Shown piece after piece: positions 10,505 to 20,572 of a stretch of DNA of 64,000 nucleotides; position 1 is the stretch's first letter; every line of letters begins with the position of its first letter. Origin of the DNA: an uncultured Chroococcidiopsis sp. (GTDB lineage Bacteria > Cyanobacteriota > Cyanobacteriia > Cyanobacteriales > Chroococcidiopsidaceae). Made by a program: the position numbers and the translations under genes. The stretch is from NCBI GenBank assembly GCA_964248365.1, contig CAXTYC010000016.1, forward strand, positions 49,063-113,062, written 5' to 3'. A model generated the notes under the pieces. The model was given only the letters and a program-made list of their open reading frames with translations. It had not been told where the DNA came from and did no database searches.

Positions 10505-11280
10505 AACTCACGCCGCGAGAAAATAAAAATAGCGATCGCTATCACCAATACTGTATAAGCTAATCCATAACTAGCATTACTTACTAGTGTAAGTGGGTTG
10601 GGTAAAGCCTCGCTGCCATAAACCGCTTGATTCTTCAAATCCAGTCGGGATAAGTCAGGCAAGACAAGATACAATTTTTGTGTCAGGCTTTCTAAACCTG
10701 GGTTTTTGCTCAGTCGTCCGAAAGCAACAAGATCTGGGCTTAAATTACCCATCAGATACACGCCAAAGCTCAGCATCGTTGCTAATACTGAACTGGTAAA
10801 TACACCCAAAGCAATAGAGATCGCACTTACCAGACACAACTGCAAAAATAGGAAAACCACTGCTAGAAAAATACTACCTAACGGGTAAGTATATCGATTT
10901 AATTGCAGCAAGACGATGTAAATTACCGTCATAGCAGTAATTAGCGCGGCTAGAACGGCTGATAATCCTAAATGTTTGCCCGTAATAAACTCACTGCGGC
11001 TAATCGGCTTGGCAATCAAGACAAGGACAGTACGTTTTTCGATTTCCTTGTTAACCAGCCCAGTACCGACAAATATAGCAACGATTAAGCCCAGCACACT
11101 CATCGCCGCCAAACCAAAATCCAAAAAGATTTTACCGTCGGTTGCAGCTGCGACTTGAGGAAGTATTTGGATTGCAACGCCCAAAAGAAGCGCATAAAAT
11201 GCGATAATCCACAAAATGCGATCGCGCACCACTTCCCGAAACACATTTGAAGCAATTGTAAAAACTCTAGCTAAACTCAC
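10501..11280 (-). CDS. ABC-2 family transporter permease; likely GTG start at 11280
   Basis: KEIEKRTV..LIAKPISRSEFITGK motif; GGAGG RBS upstream of the GTG. Confidence 0.85.
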   Translation of the reverse strand: MSLARVFTIASNVFREVVRDRILWIIAFYALLLGVAIQILPQVAAATDGKIFLDFGLAAMSVLGLIVAIFVGTGLVNKEIEKRTVLVLIAKPISRSEFITGKHLGLSAVLAALITAMTVIYIVLLQLNRYTYPLGSIFLAVVFLFLQLCLVSAISIALGVFTSSVLATMLSFGVYLMGNLSPDLVAFGRLSKNPGLESLTQKLYLVLPDLSRLDLKNQAVYGSEALPNPLTLVSNASYGLAYTVLVIAIAIFIFSRREF

Positions 11281-11301
11281 TTTTCCCTCCAAAATCCTCC
11301 T

Positions 11302-11498
11302 GTAGGGGGCGGGTTTATTAGATATCCAGGCGGACAATCAGATTCGCTAAAACCCGCCCCTACAAATCAATTCACCATACATCATTTATAATTCCTGTTT
11401 TTCCCTAGCCCCTTATATTTACAAGAGGGCGGGTTTATTAAATATCCACAACAGACAATCAGATTCGCTAAAACCCGCCCCTACACATCAATTCACCA
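11302..11498. repeat. Two tandem GTAG-type REP-like palindromic units
   Basis: GGGCGGGTTTATTA...GACAATCAGATTCGCTAAAACCCGCCCCTACA..TCAATTCACCAT occurs twice. Confidence 0.85.
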
Positions 11499-11640
11499 TT
11501 CATCATTATATACTTCAGCCTTTTCGTGGGTCGTGGGTCGATCTTCGTGGGTCTCCTCCTATTTAACCGAACAATCTTAACCAATAGAATCAGACTCCGC
11601 TAAGATCAAAAACTGCGGTTTTTAAGATGGGAGAGCGACT

Positions 11641-12774
11641 TTGACTAGGAACGGCATCGGTATTCGGACAGCGCAATTACGTACCCACCGGATAGTAGGT
11701 CAAATTCATGTTTACGATGGAGTGGGAAAAGGCAAGTCTCAAGCAGCGCTGGGCGTGGTTTTGCGTTCAATTGGACTAGGAATCAATAGCTGTAATGACA
11801 CCCGTGTTTTGCTGCTGCGGTTTCTCAAAGGACCTGGAAGGGCTTATGACGAAGATGGGGCAATTAAAGCACTGCAACAAGGTTTCCCTCATTTAATCGA
11901 CCAAGTGCGTACCGGACGGGCGGAGTTTTTTGGTGCAGATGAGATTACCCGCTTTGACCGCATGGAAGCACAGCGTGGTTGGGATATCGCTAAGGGGGCG
12001 ATCGCTTCTGGGTTATATTCAGTTGTAGTCTTGGATGAACTCAACCCAGTGCTGGATTTGGGCTTGCTAAGCTCTGATGAAGTTGTCAAAGTGCTGCAAT
12101 CCAAACCGGAGGAGTTAGAAATTATTGCCACTGGTCGAGGTGCGCCTCAACAGCTACTTGATCTTGCCGATTTACACTCGGAAATGCAACCCCATCACCA
12201 CCCCACCGCCGCCGCATTGAGCATTTGTGGCATTGAAATTTATACAGGTTCCGGTAAAGGTAAGTCTACCAGTGCGCTGGGTAAGGCACTGCAAGCAATT
12301 GGTCGGGGAATTAGTCAAGATAATTCTCACCGAGTTTTGATTGTACAATGGCTCAAAGGAGGAAGTGGGTATACAGAAGATGCAGCGCTCGCAGCCTTAC
12401 AACAAAGTTACCCTGACTTAGTAGATCATCAACGTTGTGGTCGAGATGCAATTGTTTGGCGTGGTCAACAACAAGAGCTAGACTATGTAGAAGCCGAGCG
12501 AGGTTGGGAAATTGCCTCTGTAGCGATCGCCAGCGGGCTTTACAAAACAATTATTCTAGATGAACTCAATCCCACCGTCGATCTAGAATTACTCCCCGTT
12601 GAACCAATCGTGCAAGCCTTATTGCGTAAACCCCGTGATACAGAAGTTGTAATCACCGGACGTTGCCAAAATCCGCCAGCCTATTTTGACCTAGCCAATG
12701 TACACTCTGAAGTATTTTGTCATAAACATTATGCTAATAGTGGTGTAGAACTCAAACGCGGCGTTGATTTTTAA
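11641..12774 (+). CDS. cobO: Cob(I)yrinic acid a,c-diamide adenosyltransferase, two-domain cyanobacterial form
   Basis: Two CobA/BtuR repeats: YDGVGKGKS and YTGSGKGKSTSALG, each with LDELN and TGR. Confidence 0.88.
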   Translation: MTRNGIGIRTAQLRTHRIVGQIHVYDGVGKGKSQAALGVVLRSIGLGINSCNDTRVLLLRFLKGPGRAYDEDGAIKALQQGFPHLIDQVRTGRAEFFGADEITRFDRMEAQRGWDIAKGAIASGLYSVVVLDELNPVLDLGLLSSDEVVKVLQSKPEELEIIATGRGAPQQLLDLADLHSEMQPHHHPTAAALSICGIEIYTGSGKGKSTSALGKALQAIGRGISQDNSHRVLIVQWLKGGSGYTEDAALAALQQSYPDLVDHQRCGRDAIVWRGQQQELDYVEAERGWEIASVAIASGLYKTIILDELNPTVDLELLPVEPIVQALLRKPRDTEVVITGRCQNPPAYFDLANVHSEVFCHKHYANSGVELKRGVDF

Positions 12775-12879
12775 ACCAGTGGTAGTTGGTAGTTGGTAGT
12801 TGGTTAAAGGTTAAATCAATTCCCTTTACCCTTTACCGCAATACCTCTTTACCGCAATACCTCTTTACCTTACACAAAC

Positions 12880-12993
12880 ATGGAAAACACTCAAACACTA
12901 GATTTGATTACTGGTATTTTGGCGCTAGCCATTCTTATTGGTGCATATCTGATGATGCACACCACTGTTTTCACCACCAAAAAAAAGAAATAG
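12880..12993 (+). CDS. Small single-TM protein, 37 aa (not in ORF track)
   Basis: MENTQTLDLITGILALAILIGAYLMMHTTVFTTKKKK: hydrophobic helix plus basic tail; hairpin follows. Confidence 0.6.
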   Translation: MENTQTLDLITGILALAILIGAYLMMHTTVFTTKKKK

Positions 12994-13207
12994 CAATGCG
13001 CTGTTAGCATTGTTAATTGCTAACAGCTAAAATCCAAACTTATAAATTATTTCTCAACTATCTAAAGTTAGATTTATTTAACTTAATTTTATCTAAAGAA
13101 ATGAGTCAAAAATCTTACATACAGCACTGTTAAAGTAGTTAAATAAGAAACACAATAGTGTTATAAGATACAGTAATTAGCTATTAGCCTCAGTGCGAAA
13201 GCTACCG

Positions 13208-14098
13208 ATGAATAAGAAAAAAGGAAAACGATCGCTCACTCTTTCGCTGCAAGAATATTTGCGGGGGATTACGGGTGGACTGTTGTTTAGTTTGCCACTA
13301 CTTTACACGATGGAAGTATGGTGGGCTGGGTTTATCAGCCATCCCTTGCGCTTGCTAATCTACGTCCTCGTCACCTTCACCCTGCTATTGGGTTATAACC
13401 GCTACGGTGGGCTACGACGCTCTGCCAGTCCGGTTGAGGTAGCAATTGATTCGGTCGAGGAAATGGGAATTGGTTTGGTCATTGCCGCAGTTGTTCTCTG
13501 GCTACTAGGTCAAATCAGGGCTGAAATGACGATTGCAGAAATTGCCGGAAAAATCATTGTGGAAGCAATGACTGTAGCGATTGGTGTATCTGTAGGTACT
13601 GCTCAGCTAGGTGGTGGTGAAGGTGAGCAGGAGGAAGATAAGGGGATGAAGGGCGAAGACGACTGTACAAGTTCTAGTCCTGCACCTTTCTTGGCAGACA
13701 AGGATAACGACTTGGGAGGACAGTTAACCCTTGCTTTATGTGGAGCCGTCCTGTTTGCTAGCAACGTCGCCCCAACAGAAGAAATTATCCAGATTGCGAT
13801 TGAAACTTCGCCCTGGAAATTGCTCGGTCTAGCGGTACTCTCGATACTGCTAGCTACACTGATCCTATTTTACAGTGACTTTACTGGCTCACAGCGCTTT
13901 AGTGAAGCCAGAGGCATTAAAACCGTCGTCTTTGGCGCAGTTGTGACATATGCGATCGCTCTAATAGCTTCTGCTGCCATCCTCTGGTTTTTTGGACGCT
14001 TCGACGGCACTGCACCGATTCTAAGCCTTGCTCAAACAGTCGTTTTAGGAGTCGCCTCCACCCTAGGTGCTTCCGCTGGTAGGCTTTTACTGCAATGA
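13208..14098 (+). CDS. TIGR02587/DUF2391 family membrane protein
   Basis: GGLLFSLPLLYTMEVWW and NVAPTEE motifs; paired with the next gene. Confidence 0.85.
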   Translation: MNKKKGKRSLTLSLQEYLRGITGGLLFSLPLLYTMEVWWAGFISHPLRLLIYVLVTFTLLLGYNRYGGLRRSASPVEVAIDSVEEMGIGLVIAAVVLWLLGQIRAEMTIAEIAGKIIVEAMTVAIGVSVGTAQLGGGEGEQEEDKGMKGEDDCTSSSPAPFLADKDNDLGGQLTLALCGAVLFASNVAPTEEIIQIAIETSPWKLLGLAVLSILLATLILFYSDFTGSQRFSEARGIKTVVFGAVVTYAIALIASAAILWFFGRFDGTAPILSLAQTVVLGVASTLGASAGRLLLQ

Positions 14099-14481
14099 AT
14101 AAACTAGAAAAGAATTGGCTAGAGTGGATTGTGTTTGCTGCCAGTCTAGTCCTTGTATTGAGTACACTGGGATATTTGGTTTACGATGGTGCTACTATGG
14201 GAGACTCCCGTGCCAAAATCGAGTTTCAACTCGGTCAACCGCAACCGCAATCAAACTACTTTATGGTTCCTGTAACAGTGAGCAATCGCGGCGACGAGAC
14301 GGCGGAAGGAGTGCATATTGAAGTTACGCTCGAAAGCGGTGGTAAGGAACAAGAAAATGCCTCTTTCGAGATCGCTTTCCTCCCTCGACACTCCACCCGT
14401 GAAGGCTGGGTAACATTTAAAACTGATCCCCGCAGTGTAGAACAGATGCAAGCACGGGTACTGGGTTTTGAAAAGCCTTAA
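14095..14481 (+). CDS. TIGR02588 family protein
   Basis: KNWLEW start, V.N.GDETAE.V.IEV, FLPR.S...G.V.F..DP; ATGA overlap with upstream gene. Confidence 0.8.
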   Translation: MNKLEKNWLEWIVFAASLVLVLSTLGYLVYDGATMGDSRAKIEFQLGQPQPQSNYFMVPVTVSNRGDETAEGVHIEVTLESGGKEQENASFEIAFLPRHSTREGWVTFKTDPRSVEQMQARVLGFEKP

Positions 14482-14774
14482 TAGAGGCTAGGGGCTAGGG
14501 GCTAGGGGCTAGAGGAAAGCAGGGGGAGCTGGGGAAGAAATTACCTTTACCGCAATACCTCTTTACCCTTTTACCTTTTCCCTTTTCCCTTTTCCATCTG
14601 CTAGGTAAATTCTCAGATTTAAAATTGGCTATTAAATTAAGGGTTTTAGCTCTATCTTTATACAGATTTTATAAAAAGAAAACTTTCTTTTTGAAATTAT
14701 TATGCAACTGCATATACTTAAGGTGCTAATTATTACTATCATAGCTAAGTGCAGATAATTTTGATAATTTAGCT

Positions 14775-16889
14775 ATGGCAGATCGCTCGCCCAATAATAG
14801 TAATTATATTGATGCCATTGTTAAACAGGTGCGCTCTAAAACTCGTGCCAGCATCATCAATCAGTGCGGCACAATGCAAGTGCTGGATATGACACAGCCG
14901 ATTGGATTAAATGACATTTATGTCAACGTAAATATTCTAGAAACAATAGTTGGGCGTAGGCGACTAGACATAACCCAATTGCTCGAAAGTAGTCAACCAG
15001 AACAATTTAATCGCTGGGGATTAAGCAAGGTTACAGAGCAAAGGGTATCTGGTCTAAATGCTGTTGAAAAATATTCAAAGCTAGTTGTACTAGGTAAACC
15101 AGGCTCAGGTAAAACAACTTTTTTGAAGTATTTAGCTCTTGGGTGCAGCTTGGAGGAATTTCTAGTTAAAAAATTTCCAATTTTTATTACTATTAAGGAC
15201 TTTGCAGAAGCCCAAGCCCCTACATTACTCATTTACATAACGCAAATAATGCAAGCTTGCGGCGTAACTAAGAAGCAAGCAATCAAGTTATTACAACACG
15301 GTAAAGCAATAATTTTATTGGATGGCTTAGATGAAGTAAAAGAAGAAGACAGCCAGCGTGTCTTACAGCATATACAAAATTTTTCTACTCAATTCAACCA
15401 AAATAACTTTGTTATAACTTGTAGGATTACTGGAGAACAATATAATTTTAATAGTTTTACAGAAGTTGAAATCGCCGATTTTGATTTTCAGCAGATTAGT
15501 ACTTTCGTTAGTAAGTGGTTTGCCAGTGTTGAGCCAATTAAGAGTAAGAGATTTATCCAAAAGCTTCAAGAAAATGAATCGATTCAAGAATTAGCAAATA
15601 ATCCGTTATTGCTAACTTTACTGTGCTTAACGTTTCAAGAAACAGCCGAATTTCCTTGGAATCGTTTAGAGCTATACCAAGAAGGAATTAACCTGTTGCT
15701 GAAGAAATGGGACGCTAAGAAGAATGTGGAGCGATCGCAGCTATATAAAAAGTTATCTTACCAGCACAAACAAGACTTACTCAGTCAAATTGCCTATATT
15801 AATTTTGAGCAAAATAAATACTTTTTTAAACAGCAAGAACTAGAGCAATATATTGCAGATTATATCAGCAACTTATTTGATGCTGATCCTGCCCACTTAA
15901 GAATTGATAGTGCAAAGATACTGAAAACGATTGAATTACAACATGGTTTATTAGTAGAAAGAGCAAAAGGAATTTACTCATTCTCCCACTTGACTTTTCA
16001 AGAGTATTTTACAGCTAGACAAATTGCTGTTTGTTCTCACCCACAAGCATTAGAAACGTCTTTGCAAAAACTAGTAAGCCGAACTACAGACAAAAGATGG
16101 CACGAAGTATTTTTATTAACTGTAGGAATGTTGCGTAATGCAAGCTATCTGCTCCAATTAATGAAGAAAAAAGTTGATTTGATAGTAGCTGGGGATCGGC
16201 AATTACAACAATTTATTGCTTGGGCAAGTTATAAATCTCAGACTGTAGTTGCACCCTATAAACAAGGAGCATTACGAGCTTTTTATATAGCTCTTGGTAT
16301 AAGTCTTTATCAGGTAGGACAAGCTAACCTTGACGCTGCCCTTGATTTGGCTAGTGATATTCTGGATCTTGCTTTTACCTTAGATCCTGCTTTTATCCTC
16401 AATCGTAAAGTAGCAATTGACCTAGTTATAGATAAAGCTCTTATCGTGGCGTTGGCTAGGGCAATTAATCTCAAGTTTGATTTTACCCAAGCAGGCGAGC
16501 TAGTCTCTGTATTGAGTTTAGGTATTAAACTTGCTATGGAGCCGAAGCTAAGGCAGAATGGGCAGTCCTCACTGTTATCGAAAATGCTCCTCGATCTGCA
16601 ACAGCAGTTACCTAATTTAGAGCCACAAGCAAAATATGAACAGTGGTGGCAAAGTAACGGAATGGATTGGACAAAGCAGTTAAGAGCTGTGATGATTAAT
16701 CAGCGTCACATTGGTTTAGACTTGCAGTTAGGCGATCGCCAAAGGGAAACATTAAAGCGGTATTATTATGCCAATCAATTGCTGCTGGCGTGTCTTGCAT
16801 CCGATTGTTATGTGACCAGAGACGTGCGATCGTCTATTGAGAATACATTACTGTTGCCTGTAACACAACTGGCACAACTAGAATTTTAA
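14775..16889 (+). CDS. NACHT-family NTPase (STAND) with cyanobacterial C-terminal helical domain
   Basis: GKPGSGKTT Walker A, LLDGLDEV Walker B, ITCR, NPLLLTL, FSHLTFQEYF. Confidence 0.92.
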   Translation: MADRSPNNSNYIDAIVKQVRSKTRASIINQCGTMQVLDMTQPIGLNDIYVNVNILETIVGRRRLDITQLLESSQPEQFNRWGLSKVTEQRVSGLNAVEKYSKLVVLGKPGSGKTTFLKYLALGCSLEEFLVKKFPIFITIKDFAEAQAPTLLIYITQIMQACGVTKKQAIKLLQHGKAIILLDGLDEVKEEDSQRVLQHIQNFSTQFNQNNFVITCRITGEQYNFNSFTEVEIADFDFQQISTFVSKWFASVEPIKSKRFIQKLQENESIQELANNPLLLTLLCLTFQETAEFPWNRLELYQEGINLLLKKWDAKKNVERSQLYKKLSYQHKQDLLSQIAYINFEQNKYFFKQQELEQYIADYISNLFDADPAHLRIDSAKILKTIELQHGLLVERAKGIYSFSHLTFQEYFTARQIAVCSHPQALETSLQKLVSRTTDKRWHEVFLLTVGMLRNASYLLQLMKKKVDLIVAGDRQLQQFIAWASYKSQTVVAPYKQGALRAFYIALGISLYQVGQANLDAALDLASDILDLAFTLDPAFILNRKVAIDLVIDKALIVALARAINLKFDFTQAGELVSVLSLGIKLAMEPKLRQNGQSSLLSKMLLDLQQQLPNLEPQAKYEQWWQSNGMDWTKQLRAVMINQRHIGLDLQLGDRQRETLKRYYYANQLLLACLASDCYVTRDVRSSIENTLLLPVTQLAQLEF

Positions 16890-16965
16890 ACTTGGAACAA
16901 TTTATATCCTTGCCAGTCTCGATAACTAGCAAACAAGTGCAATTGTAAAAAAGAAAATTAATTAT

Positions 16966-17619
16966 ATGTCTATCAAGTCTTGGCAATCAGGAACAGCCGC
17001 ACTCATGGCATTGGCAATTACAAGTACAACTACACCCATGCTGATGATCCAGCCTGCTGCTGCTCAACTTTTCCCCCAATCACCTGAGAGATCGTATCAA
17101 ACCACAATTCGCGCAGGTGCTTCTATTCCAGTCCGGTATGAACAGGCAAAAAAAATCGTTGTCAGTCCCAATGAAAGAATGCCTTTAACTCTCAAGGTAG
17201 CAGCTGACGTTACCAACCGCAGTGGTACTGTATTAATTCCAGCTGGCAGCTTAATTGAAGGTCAACTGCAACCCGCTGATGGAGGATCGCAGTTTGTTGC
17301 CAGAGAATTGGTAACATACAACGGTAGACGACAACCAATTGATGCAACTTCTGATGTAATTGAAACTACCAGAATTAATCGGGGAGTCAACACCGGATCA
17401 ATATTGAAAGGTGCAGTCGTTGGAGCCGCAGCAGGGGCGGCGCTGGGAGGACTCACAGGCAACCGCCACATCGGAGTAGGAGAGGTGTTGCTCGGTGCGG
17501 GAGTTGGTGGTGCTGGTGGGGCAGTGCTAAGTCCCAAAAAAGCAGATGTGGTTGTGATTGAACCGGACAAGGATTTAGATTTGACGCTGCGCTCTAGTTT
17601 GGCAGTACAGGCATACTAG
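16966..17619 (+). CDS. Exported protein with glycine-zipper segment (cyanobacterial TrbI-like hypothetical)
   Basis: Signal peptide ending PAAAQ, IPAGS.IEG, GAVVGAAAGAALGG. Confidence 0.75.
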   Translation: MSIKSWQSGTAALMALAITSTTTPMLMIQPAAAQLFPQSPERSYQTTIRAGASIPVRYEQAKKIVVSPNERMPLTLKVAADVTNRSGTVLIPAGSLIEGQLQPADGGSQFVARELVTYNGRRQPIDATSDVIETTRINRGVNTGSILKGAVVGAAAGAALGGLTGNRHIGVGEVLLGAGVGGAGGAVLSPKKADVVVIEPDKDLDLTLRSSLAVQAY

Positions 17620-17636
17620 GAGTGGAACTAGTCACT

Positions 17637-18527
17637 CTATCGCGGTACTAATTGAATTTGCTGCTGTGGCTGGGAGGAGCGATTCTGCAGAGCAGTTTGT
17701 ATGCGCGGTGTTTGCAGGAACTTTTTCGTAGCGGCGAGGAGGCGATCGCCCCAAAGATTTTGTCTGAGGAACTCTAAATCGCCATAACGACCATCTATCT
17801 TAATCGCCGCTTCTCCCATTTTTAGACCTTGTTCGCGTTCGCCTTTGTTATAAAGCGCCACTCCCATCGCCAGTAGAGGTTCTGCTGCTTGCTTCTCAAT
17901 TGATACTGCTGCCCGCCACTGCTTGATTGCTTCATTCACATTGCCTTGTTCGTATCTGACCAAGCCAATATTGTTAATTGCGGGCCATTTTTCCCAGTTA
18001 GGTTGAATAACTGCTTTATTGTAAGTGGCGATCGCATCAGTTAGCTTACCTATCTTGTAGTAAGTATTACCTAGATCGAATAGCCCTTGGGGGTCATTGG
18101 GTTTTAGCCGCAACCCAGCTTGTAAACTGTCAATTGCCTTGTTGTAATTTCCCTGTTGAAAGTTTGCCGAACCGATCAAAAACAAAATTGAGGGTTCTTT
18201 GGGGGCTAGAGTTTGCGCCTTTTGGAGAGCGACGAGTGATTGGTCATACTTATTTGTCTGTAAATACAAACCCCCTAAAATAGTCCATGCCTTGAAATTT
18301 TTGGGAGCCAATTGGGTTGCTAGCCGCGCTCTAGGCAAAGCCATATCAAACTGTTGGAATTGTGCTAACTGATATGCTTCCTGTGCTAGAAACAAACCTT
18401 GCTTTTCCATGCGAGCTGAATCAAGTTCTACTGTGTGAGGTATAAGTGCCTGCCCCGATGCAGGCGTAGTCATACTTCCTAAACCTAAAATTACCAGGAA
18501 AGATAGCAAGTAATTGCGATTCGGCAC
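17637..18527 (-). CDS. Exported tetratricopeptide repeat protein
   Basis: Signal peptide and repeated LG..Y...G.Y..A helical units. Confidence 0.88.
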   Translation of the reverse strand: MPNRNYLLSFLVILGLGSMTTPASGQALIPHTVELDSARMEKQGLFLAQEAYQLAQFQQFDMALPRARLATQLAPKNFKAWTILGGLYLQTNKYDQSLVALQKAQTLAPKEPSILFLIGSANFQQGNYNKAIDSLQAGLRLKPNDPQGLFDLGNTYYKIGKLTDAIATYNKAVIQPNWEKWPAINNIGLVRYEQGNVNEAIKQWRAAVSIEKQAAEPLLAMGVALYNKGEREQGLKMGEAAIKIDGRYGDLEFLRQNLWGDRLLAATKKFLQTPRIQTALQNRSSQPQQQIQLVPR

Positions 18528-18864
18528 AGTTTCCGCCTCAGTCTAATTGCAACATAATCTTCAGTTAGCTTAAACCATACTTCTACAAATCGGCAGCAAT
18601 CTTTAGCCTCTTGCTCGCCTTTGCGCCTTGGAAGCGGGGAGTTGGAAAGGGTAAAGGATAAAGGATAAAGAAGTATTGCGCTAAAGGTAATTTCTCCCAC
18701 TCTCCCCTCTTGGGTAATCTACTAGGCAATACTCATCCTTTGATGCTAATACAGTAGCGGAAATCACCCAGTCAAATGGGCAAATATTACCCATTGCGGT
18801 GTAGCCTGCCCTATCGTACCACCAGCTAGGATGGTAAGTATACGAAATAATTTTGATGCCAGCA

Positions 18865-19023
18865 GTAGGGGCGATCTTTAATAGACATACCTATAACAGA
18901 ACAAGCAATGCATGAAAAGATCGCCCCTACAGACTTCAATTTTACAGGTATATCTTTTGTAGGGGCGATCTTAAAAGATACGCCTAAGAACTACTAGACA
19001 ATCATAGAAAAACCCGCCCCTAC
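18865..19023. repeat. Two GTAG-type REP-like palindromes
   Basis: GTAGGGGCGATCTT...AAGATCGCCCCTAC followed by GTAGGGGCGATCTT...AACCCGCCCCTAC. Confidence 0.8.
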
Positions 19024-19058
19024 CTCACCCTTCGTTCCTCACCCCTTTTCCCCTCGTT

Positions 19059-20513
19059 ATGACCACCAACCACCTAAAACTTCCTCTAATTGGTAAAATC
19101 AAGCATCCGTCTCGCTGGTTACTTGGACTAGCAACAGCTGGGGTTGTGGTTATTGGCTCTACGACTTATTTTGTTGTAGAGCAGGCAAAACCCAAGTTAG
19201 ACGTTGCTCAACTGACTGTACCCGCCGAAGCAAAAAATGTCACTTTGCGAATTAACGCCAGCGGTAAAGTCGTACCGATTCAGAGCGTGAACCTTAGTCC
19301 TAAAACGGCTGGGGTATTGGTAGATTTACTTGTAGAACAGGGAGACAGGGTAGAGGCTGGGCAAGTTATTGCTCGAATGGACGATGCCGATTTGCAAGCG
19401 CAACTGCTCCAATCTAGAGCGCGTCTGGCACAGGCACAAGCGCAGTTAGATAAACTACGTACAGGTAGTCGTCCCGAAGAAATTGCCCAGGCTAGAGCGC
19501 GTCTGGCACAAGCAGAAGCTCAGCTTTCAGAAGCACGTAACGGGACTCGTCGAGAGGAAATTGAACAGGCTAAAGCTCAAGTAGAGTCGGCACAAGCACG
19601 GCTGAATCTGGCTACTAGTCGGGTGCAACGCAATCGTGAATTATACCAGCAAGGAGCAATTTCTCAAGATAAGCTCGATGAAGTTTTAGCAGATGAGCGC
19701 AGTGCCAGAGCTACCATAACAGAGATTCAAAGACGGCTAGCGCAGCTAGAAAGCGGCTCTCGTACAGAGGAAATAGCCCAAAAGCAAGCAGCAGTCGCAG
19801 AAGCTAGGGAATCTTTACGGCAGTTAGAAAATGGCAGTCGTTCAGAAGATATTGCTGATGCTAAAGGGGCTGTTAACGCTGCTCTTGGGGAATTGAAGGG
19901 TGTGCAGGTGAAGCTGGAAGACACAATTATTCGCGCTCCCTTTGCAGGAGTTGTGACGCAGAAATATGCTACAGAGGGAGCTTTTGTTACACCAACAACT
20001 TCGGCTTCTAGCACGGCATCAGCAACTTCGACTTCAATTGTAGCGATCGCTCGTGGTTTAGAAATCTTAGCTGAAGTTCCTGAAGCTGATATCGGACAAA
20101 TTAAACCAGGACAACAGGTGGAAATTATCGCTGATTCTTTTCCAGACAAGGTATTTAAAGGTCATGTTCGCTTGGTTTCTCCCGAAGCTGTACTAAACGA
20201 AAACGTCACATCTTTCCAAGTAAAAGTTGCCCTCGATACTGGTAAAGATAAACTACTTTCTGGCATGAATGTAAACTTAACCTTTTTGGGTGCAAACCTA
20301 AAAAATGCCTTGGTAGTGCCAACAGTGGCGATCGTAACCCAAAAAGGTAAGACTGGGGTGCTAGTACCTGGTGAGAATAATAAACCATTATTTCGCCCAG
20401 TCACAATTGGTTCAAGTATCCAAGACCAAACTCAAATTTTAGAGGGTTTGAAAGGAGGCGATCGCGTTTTTATTAACCTCCCTAAAGATCAGCAACCGAA
20501 GCAAGATGAGTAG
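19059..20513 (+). CDS. MacA/HlyD-type periplasmic adaptor subunit
   Basis: N-terminal TM, lipoyl half-motifs VEQGDRV and IRAPFAGVV, long coiled coil. Confidence 0.93.
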   Translation: MTTNHLKLPLIGKIKHPSRWLLGLATAGVVVIGSTTYFVVEQAKPKLDVAQLTVPAEAKNVTLRINASGKVVPIQSVNLSPKTAGVLVDLLVEQGDRVEAGQVIARMDDADLQAQLLQSRARLAQAQAQLDKLRTGSRPEEIAQARARLAQAEAQLSEARNGTRREEIEQAKAQVESAQARLNLATSRVQRNRELYQQGAISQDKLDEVLADERSARATITEIQRRLAQLESGSRTEEIAQKQAAVAEARESLRQLENGSRSEDIADAKGAVNAALGELKGVQVKLEDTIIRAPFAGVVTQKYATEGAFVTPTTSASSTASATSTSIVAIARGLEILAEVPEADIGQIKPGQQVEIIADSFPDKVFKGHVRLVSPEAVLNENVTSFQVKVALDTGKDKLLSGMNVNLTFLGANLKNALVVPTVAIVTQKGKTGVLVPGENNKPLFRPVTIGSSIQDQTQILEGLKGGDRVFINLPKDQQPKQDE

Positions 20514-20572
20514 TCATTTGTCCTTTGTCCTTTGTCATTGGTCATTTGTTCAAGAATAATAACTAATGACCA

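Noticed and set aside
16966..17619. Conjugation system (TrbI-like)
   Set aside because: Isolated gene with no other T4SS components; a common chromosomal cyanobacterial protein type.
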